A stretch of 50,828 bases of DNA, from sequence record PZ452605.1, one strand, 5' to 3'. Both the position numbers and the translations under genes were made by a program. The stretch is from a phage. Positions 48,252-50,828 of the stretch are shown here, piece by piece. Each line of letters opens with the position of its first letter. Within the stretch, counting starts at the first letter, position 1. The notes under the pieces are model-generated. The model saw nothing but the letters and a program-made list of their open reading frames with translations. It was not told the DNA's origin and searched no databases.

Positions 48252-48464
48252 ATGAAAATCAAAATCACCAAAATCGACACTATCAACGGCGACGGATCAA
48301 TCACTCTTGAGCAATGCGGTTTGGTTGTTGGTGATGTGCTGGAAGTTGATGGACATTTCAGTGACGGATCTTATTGTGTTATTGCGCCGCGTAACAGCGA
48401 GTTTATCAAGGCTGGCGACAATATTAGTGTTAACCATGACGAATGCGAGGTAGTGGAAGAATGA
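48252..48464 (+). CDS. hypothetical protein
   Basis: 70-aa acidic ORF. Confidence 0.4.
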   Translation: MKIKITKIDTINGDGSITLEQCGLVVGDVLEVDGHFSDGSYCVIAPRNSEFIKAGDNISVNHDECEVVEE

Positions 48465-48724
48465 TCACGATTAACCTGTCAGAGCAGCAAGCGCGCATTA
48501 TATTAGCGGCCTTTGGCTGGCGAGATGATGACGGCATCCAGGCAACGGTTAAAATTCCTGAGCCAGTGGCGCGTGAAGTTTTCAGCCAGCTAGAACACGC
48601 ATTTGATCCTGCTGGGACTGAGCAAGCGGAAACTGCCGCATGGTTCGGAGAGAACGGATACAGAGATCAGCAAGTCGAAAACTGGAAGCGCATAAACGAG
48701 ACTATGGAGGAATCAGGTTTATGA
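48461..48724 (+). CDS. hypothetical protein
   Basis: 87 aa; ATGA overlap with upstream stop. Confidence 0.4.
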   Translation: MITINLSEQQARIILAAFGWRDDDGIQATVKIPEPVAREVFSQLEHAFDPAGTEQAETAAWFGENGYRDQQVENWKRINETMEESGL

Positions 48725-49035
48725 TTTATATTCACTACTACCAAATCGGAACTAACGAGAACAAGAAAGAGCATCGTTTCATCCATGATGATTTGGACAA
48801 GGCAAAGGCACAGCAACAGGTTTTAGGCGGTGTCATTCAGGCTTTTGAGCATGTAGAAGATATTGAGTACCGCGAGCATTTAAAAGATGTTGTTATTGAT
48901 GAGATCTCTTGCTTGATTGATGATATGACAAATCACGGCCCTGGTTCCCCGTGGGAAGATGCAGGATCTGTAACGTGGGATAAGGCCAAAGTTAAGACGC
49001 TAAACAACTTTCGAGAGATTCTCGACGGTTTTTAA
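48721..49035 (+). CDS. hypothetical protein
   Basis: 104 aa; ATGA overlap with upstream stop. Confidence 0.4.
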   Translation: MIYIHYYQIGTNENKKEHRFIHDDLDKAKAQQQVLGGVIQAFEHVEDIEYREHLKDVVIDEISCLIDDMTNHGPGSPWEDAGSVTWDKAKVKTLNNFREILDGF

Positions 49036-49105
49036 TTAAAAACGCATAGCCGTTAGAGCGCCTCAATCGCATTCTAACGAGCTATTTTTCTGGTAAGGTG
49101 ATTTA

Positions 49106-49243
49106 ATGGATGAGTACAAACAACCCTCGCAATGGTGCAAAGAGAAGCAGGAGGAAGCACTTGAGCGCGGAGATGTAGAAGAAGCTATGAACTATTTCAA
49201 ACTTGCGGAAGAATGGAAGGGGAGAGGATACTGATGTTCGGCA
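49106..49243 (+). CDS. small hypothetical protein
   Basis: 45 aa with AAGGTG RBS; below ORF-track cutoff. Confidence 0.25.
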
Positions 49244-49464
49244 TGAACGAGGCGCAATTCAACGCAGCTAAACGCCAGGCTAAAAAGTGCGGCGAGGCAA
49301 TGAAAGCGGATGTGGAAAAGCGCGGGAAGTATGTTGATGAAGTAATGAAGGGCATCATTGCAGAACACTACCAGCCAATCGCGCCAATGTTGACGATCAC
49401 TCAATTCATTTGGCTATGTGGTTACTTGCGCGGACGTTGGGGGAACGCTTTCGACAGGGAATGA
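49234..49464 (+). CDS. hypothetical protein
   Basis: 76 aa; TGATG overlap with upstream stop. Confidence 0.35.
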   Translation: MFGMNEAQFNAAKRQAKKCGEAMKADVEKRGKYVDEVMKGIIAEHYQPIAPMLTITQFIWLCGYLRGRWGNAFDRE

Positions 49465-49626
49465 TTGACAACTCTTTCCTGATTGGTTAGCATGGCGTCG
49501 TTTACATAAGAGCGGCTTTGTCCGAACGCGTGACGCGATAGTCACACAACAACGGCGATATGCAGGAGGTTTTTGCAATGCAAAATAATCCGTAAGACGT
49601 ATCGCCTTTTTTAATGGAGATCCAAA

Positions 49627-49860
49627 ATGATTAAATACAAATTAACCGTTTCTTTCCGTGATACCGTTATTCATCCTTTCTACAATAGCTTTGTTAACAG
49701 CTTTACAGTAGAAGCGACAGAGGATCAGCTTGACGGTGATGAAACTTGCATTTCTATCGGAAATGTTGCTTATCCGATTCACAACATTACCAGCATTAAG
49801 CGTGAGGTTGTCGCTGATGAATTACAAAGTGAAGATGACGATCCGGCGAATGGGGCGTAA
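49627..49860 (+). CDS. hypothetical acidic protein
   Basis: 77-aa ORF. Confidence 0.4.
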   Translation: MIKYKLTVSFRDTVIHPFYNSFVNSFTVEATEDQLDGDETCISIGNVAYPIHNITSIKREVVADELQSEDDDPANGA

Positions 49861-50002
49861 TTGCCAATCATGCAAACAGGAATATGAATGCGTAGTTGAT
49901 GCTCTTGATGAACTGGAAGCAGTAGCAAAAGCAAAAGAGCAATCGGGCGCTAATCCTGAAACACATCAATTTTCAATTAATCTTGTGAGGGCTTTACAAT
50001 GA
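49850..50002 (+). CDS. small Cys-containing protein (start uncertain)
   Basis: 50 aa from ATG overlapping upstream gene end; CQSCKQEYEC. Confidence 0.25.
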   Translation: MGRNCQSCKQEYECVVDALDELEAVAKAKEQSGANPETHQFSINLVRALQ

Positions 50003-50223
50003 TCGCATTATCTTTCTGCATTGGTTTTATCATGGCTATCATTATCTTTTCCGTTGTCATGCGCTTTGCTTATAAGTTCGTGATTAATAAAGGTTGGTAC
50101 GCTTCTGCAATCTGGAGCGAAAAACAAAAGAAATGGCTTGTCCGTGGTCAATACCTGATGATCGGCAGCAAGATCCTAAATTCCATTCGAGCCAAAGATG
50201 GAAAAGTAAAATATACAGCTTAA
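49999..50223 (+). CDS. small membrane protein
   Basis: 74 aa, N-terminal transmembrane helix. Confidence 0.4.
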   Translation: MIALSFCIGFIMAIIIFSVVMRFAYKFVINKGWYASAIWSEKQKKWLVRGQYLMIGSKILNSIRAKDGKVKYTA

Positions 50224-50228
50224 AAATT

Positions 50229-50252
50229 ACCCGCCGCACGGCGGGTTTTTTA
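50229..50252 (+). terminator. rho-independent terminator
   Basis: CCCGCCG-CA-CGGCGGG then T6. Confidence 0.65.
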
Positions 50253-50264
50253 TTGCCCGTTGTC

Positions 50265-50273
50265 TGGTATAAT
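50265..50273 (+). promoter_or_regulatory. extended -10 promoter element TGgTATAAT
   Basis: TGnTATAAT 28 nt upstream of terS ATG, directly after terminator. Confidence 0.35.
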
Positions 50274-50301
50274 CAGGCATCTAACCAAAGGAGGATTAAT
50301 A

Positions 50302-50828
50302 ATGGCTAAAAATGTTGAGCCTGCTGTAAAGGCATTAAATTTCAAAGAGTTATACAATAAAACTTATGGCGATATTGTCACGCTAAACAACCGCCACAAG
50401 TACACGCCGGAACAGGTTTTTGATATGGCGATCCGCTATTTCACTTGGGCCGAAGAGAATCACATCCAGGCGGCTGAAACTGCTTCCTTTCAGGGTGACG
50501 TGTACGAGAGCAGAGTTTACAAGCCTCGCGTTTTCACGGTTAACGGATTCAGCTTGTATCTCGGCGTTACCGAGGCGGCTGTAAGCAAGTGGCGTAAAGA
50601 GCCTGGATTCTGCGATGTGATGGAGTTTGTTGATAAAGTAATTTACGAGCAAAAATTCCAGCTTGCGGCAAATAACATGATTAACGCTGGATTTATCGGT
50701 AAAGAGATCGGAGTAGAGAAGCCAGCAACAGTGAGCGTTGAAGCGAGCGCGGCAGCTAATGCAAGCATTGACGCAGTAACTGCCGATGAGGTGAAAGAGG
50801 CTGTGATTGATATTCTGGAGCAACTTTA
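50302..50828 (+). CDS. terS: terminase small subunit (3' end runs off window)
   Basis: GGAGG RBS; open frame to window end; HTH-like N-terminal region typical of small terminases; precedes terL across the window junction. Confidence 0.65.
   Translation, partial: MAKNVEPAVKALNFKELYNKTYGDIVTLNNRHKYTPEQVFDMAIRYFTWAEENHIQAAETASFQGDVYESRVYKPRVFTVNGFSLYLGVTEAAVSKWRKEPGFCDVMEFVDKVIYEQKFQLAANNMINAGFIGKEIGVEKPATVSVEASAAANASIDAVTADEVKEAVIDILEQL

Noticed and set aside
50383-50823. 146-aa minus-strand ORF
   Set aside because: Antisense to the terS reading frame, which has an RBS and a recognisable small-terminase N-terminus.

Overview
The window reads as a near-complete, circularly permuted genome (50.8 kb) of a virulent T1-like (Drexlerviridae-like) siphovirus, opened at the ATG of the large terminase gene; the small terminase gene runs off the 3' end. 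All calls are from reading the sequence and ORF translations by eye; no database search or folding was run. Layout: 1-20426 (+) is the packaging, head and lambda-like tail module (portal, paralogous decoration-like pair, major capsid, G/G-T chaperone with a -1 frameshift site, tape measure, M/L/K/I/J-like tip proteins). 20456-20689 (-) is a Cor-like lipoprotein. 21184-23725 (+) is a recombination module (RecB-family exonuclease, Erf, SSB). 23758-28316 (-) holds two tail-fibre genes, a primase and an HTH regulator. 28405-34831 (+) holds an SF2 helicase, VRR-NUC nuclease, Dam methylase, an HTH-metallophosphoesterase and a lysis cassette (holin, SAR endolysin, u-spanin). 34846-41625 (-) is an early cluster of small ORFs with a DUF3987-like P-loop protein and a Dcm-type C5 methylase. 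42324-50223 (+) is a second early cluster (lipoprotein, HAD phosphatase, dNMP-kinase-like protein, many small membrane proteins). No integrase, repressor, tRNA or CRISPR array was found. The most unusual signals are: (1) a 20-bp motif ATAGCACTTTTTGTTAAAAC present about 19 times in intergenic DNA, usually fused to the stop codon of the upstream gene and followed by a hairpin, a -10-like hexamer and a conserved leader; (2) a 155-nt GC-rich, ORF-free candidate structured RNA at 43107-43262; (3) five TAATCA iterons at 10-bp phasing in the early divergent control region; (4) a short tail-fibre gene whose N-terminus is frameshifted inside a 63-bp tandem repeat.
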